Source: Candidatus Amphirhobacter sp. (GTDB taxonomy: Bacteria > Pseudomonadota > Gammaproteobacteria > Tethybacterales > Tethybacteraceae). Taken from it: a DNA stretch of 64,000 bases. A program made the translations under genes and the position numbers. Positions 62,444-64,000 of this stretch are shown piece after piece (within the stretch, counting starts at the first letter, position 1; each line of letters opens with the position of its first letter). The notes below the pieces were generated by a model, which was not told where the DNA came from, made no database searches, and saw only the letters and a list, made by a program, of their open reading frames with translations. Where the stretch lies: contig OZ244940.1 in the NCBI GenBank assembly GCA_965222035.1, positions 1,775,852-1,839,851 on the forward strand, read 5' to 3'.

Positions 62444-63397
62444 ATGGAGAGGAGCGAGCTGCCAGAGTGGTTCCGGGCGAAGCCCGGCAAGCAGCGCCTG
62501 CAGGTGGGCCGCTGGGTGCCCGCCGCGCTGGTCGCGCCGCCGGTGCTGGTGCTGGTGGCGATCGTCGTGTACCCGACAATCTGGATGTTCTACCATTCGC
62601 TGCAGGACACCAACCTCATGCGGCTGTTCCAGGAGAACTGGTCGTACGTCGGCTTCGCCAATTTCGGCACCGTGCTGGGCTCGGACCGCTTCTGGAACGC
62701 CGCCGGGCAGATGGGGACCTACCTTTTGTTCGGCGCATGCCTGCAGGTGATGCTGGGGACCATCCTGGCGCTGGCGCTGTACGAGCTGGTGCGCAGCAAC
62801 ATCATGCGCACCGTGCTGCTGGTGCTGCTGGTGATCCCGATGATGCTGCCGCCTTCGATCGTGGGCGTGCTGTGGAAGTTCCTGCTCACGCCCTCGAACG
62901 GCGCCATCAACCAGGCTTTGCTCAACCTCGGCCTGATCACCGAGCACATTGAGTGGTTCAACCGCGGCCTGGCGCTGTGGTCGATCATCATCGCCGATGT
63001 CTGGAACTGGACCGCGCTGCCGCTGCTGATCGTCTTCTCCGGCCGGGTGTCGCTGCCGCCGGCGGTGTTCGAGGCCGCCCGCGTCGACGGCGCGAGCAAC
63101 TGGCAGGTGATGCGACGCCTGACCCTGCCGATGCTCAAGGAGATCATCGCCATCGCCTTCATCATCCGCTTCATGGACGCCTTCAAGTTCGTCGATTTGG
63201 TCTTCGTCATGACCTCGGGCGGCCCGGCGCAGTCGTCGGAACTGCCGGCCTACATCGCCTACCAGCGCGGCGTGCGCGAGTTCGAGATCGGCGAGGCCGC
63301 GGCGTACTCGCTGCTGATCTTCGTGTGCTCGGCCGTGATCATCACCTTGTTCCTGCAGTACCTCAAGCGCGTGGTCAAGGCGCAGGGGATCGCATGA
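62444..63397 (+). CDS. Sugar ABC transporter permease (MalF/UgpA-like)
   Basis: Multi-TM protein with EAARVDGASNWQVMRRLTLPMLK. Confidence 0.85.
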   Translation: MERSELPEWFRAKPGKQRLQVGRWVPAALVAPPVLVLVAIVVYPTIWMFYHSLQDTNLMRLFQENWSYVGFANFGTVLGSDRFWNAAGQMGTYLLFGACLQVMLGTILALALYELVRSNIMRTVLLVLLVIPMMLPPSIVGVLWKFLLTPSNGAINQALLNLGLITEHIEWFNRGLALWSIIIADVWNWTALPLLIVFSGRVSLPPAVFEAARVDGASNWQVMRRLTLPMLKEIIAIAFIIRFMDAFKFVDLVFVMTSGGPAQSSELPAYIAYQRGVREFEIGEAAAYSLLIFVCSAVIITLFLQYLKRVVKAQGIA

Positions 63398-64000
63398 CGG
63401 CGCCGGCCGGCGAGCGCGCGGTCCGCGCCCTGCTGTGGGCCGTGCTGCTGGCGTGGCTGGTGGTGACGCTGTTCCCGCTGTACTGGCAGCTGATCACCGC
63501 GCTCAAGACCACTGAGGAGACCAACCGGACCATCCCGACCTTCTGGCCCGAGGAGCTGCGCTTCGGCAACTTCGCCGCGGTGTTCACCGAGTCGACCAAC
63601 TTCGACGCGCTGGTCTCGAGCTTCATCATCGCCTCGGGCAACACCCTGCTGTCGCTGCTGCTCGGGACCATGGCGGGCTACGCCTTCGCGCGCTTCCCGC
63701 GGCACGCCGGCGGCGAGAACCTGGCCTTTTGGATCCTGTCGAACCGCATGTTCCCGCCGGTGGCGGTGATTATCCCGATGTTCTTCTTGTTCGACGCGAC
63801 GCCGTGGGGGACCGACAGCCACATTTCCCTGATTATCCTGTATCTGGTGTTCAACATGCCGCTGGCGACCTGGCTGATGATGGTGTTCTTCCGCGACGCG
63901 CCGCGCGAGCTCGAGGAGGCCGCCTATCTCGACGGCTACACGCCCTTGCAGGCTTTCCGCAAGGTCACCTTGCCGCTGGTGATCCCCGGCATGATCTCGG
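63394..64000 (+). CDS. Sugar ABC transporter permease (MalG/UgpE-like), 3' end off window
   Basis: The ATG overlaps the upstream stop (ATGA). It has LFPLYWQLITALKT and an EAAYLDG loop. The frame is open to the window edge. Confidence 0.8.
   Translation, partial: MTAPAGERAVRALLWAVLLAWLVVTLFPLYWQLITALKTTEETNRTIPTFWPEELRFGNFAAVFTESTNFDALVSSFIIASGNTLLSLLLGTMAGYAFARFPRHAGGENLAFWILSNRMFPPVAVIIPMFFLFDATPWGTDSHISLIILYLVFNMPLATWLMMVFFRDAPRELEEAAYLDGYTPLQAFRKVTLPLVIPGMIS

Larger units (their letters stand above)
59500..62500. repeat. Diverged tandem duplication: unit 1 is 59500-61020 and unit 2 is 61021-62500
   Basis: Each unit contains an mtnK 5' segment, the intergenic leader, a 385-codon ATPase gene, and the first ~19 codons of the ABC permease with its upstream region. 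The junction at 61020/61021 has CTGC microhomology. Unit 2 has a 36-nt deletion in the mtnK-derived part. Confidence 0.85.

Overview
This is a high-GC chromosomal segment (roughly two-thirds G+C by eye), probably proteobacterial. Most of it is ordinary transport and metabolism genes: three sugar ABC systems, serA plus a serB-like HAD gene, fumC, glmU, bioY, an SbmA/BacA-like transporter, ptsH-ptsI, melA, a Trp-halogenase-family gene, an acoABC-like cluster and mtnA/mtnK.

At least seven short, visibly AT-richer islets interrupt this backbone. They carry nucleic-acid-directed genes, and the window contains no integrase or transposase:
1. A 5'-truncated type ISP/IIG-like N6-adenine methylase-restriction gene at the left edge.
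2. A solitary protein with a HEPN-like Rx4H motif.
3. An AlbA_2/HATPase_c_4-type protein.
4. Two tandem AAA+ ATPase genes of the COG1373/DUF4143 type, each with a C-terminal D...ExK nuclease-like motif.
5. A fourth, more distant DUF4143-type ATPase, divergent from an unrecognised 308-aa protein.
6. Next to tRNA-Glu/tRNA-Ala: a beta-class DNA methyltransferase fused to an HNH nuclease, a Cas4-like Cys-rich PD-(D/E)xK nuclease 10 nt downstream, and a third COG1373 paralog.
7. A diverged tandem duplication (about 1.5 kb x2) of an ORC/STAND-like P-loop ATPase gene. The duplication carried along 5' fragments of the flanking mtnK and ABC-permease genes.

The best candidates for an undescribed system are the MTase-HNH/Cas4-like pair, the recurrent COG1373 ATPase-nuclease cassettes with conserved AT-rich upstream boxes, and the duplicated ATPase pair, whose coding sequence has diverged far more than its duplicated flanks.

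A 1423-aa modular, autotransporter-like surface protein has a C9 homopolymer tract just upstream of its start. No CRISPR array or rRNA was seen. All functional calls come from motif recognition by eye; no searches were run.
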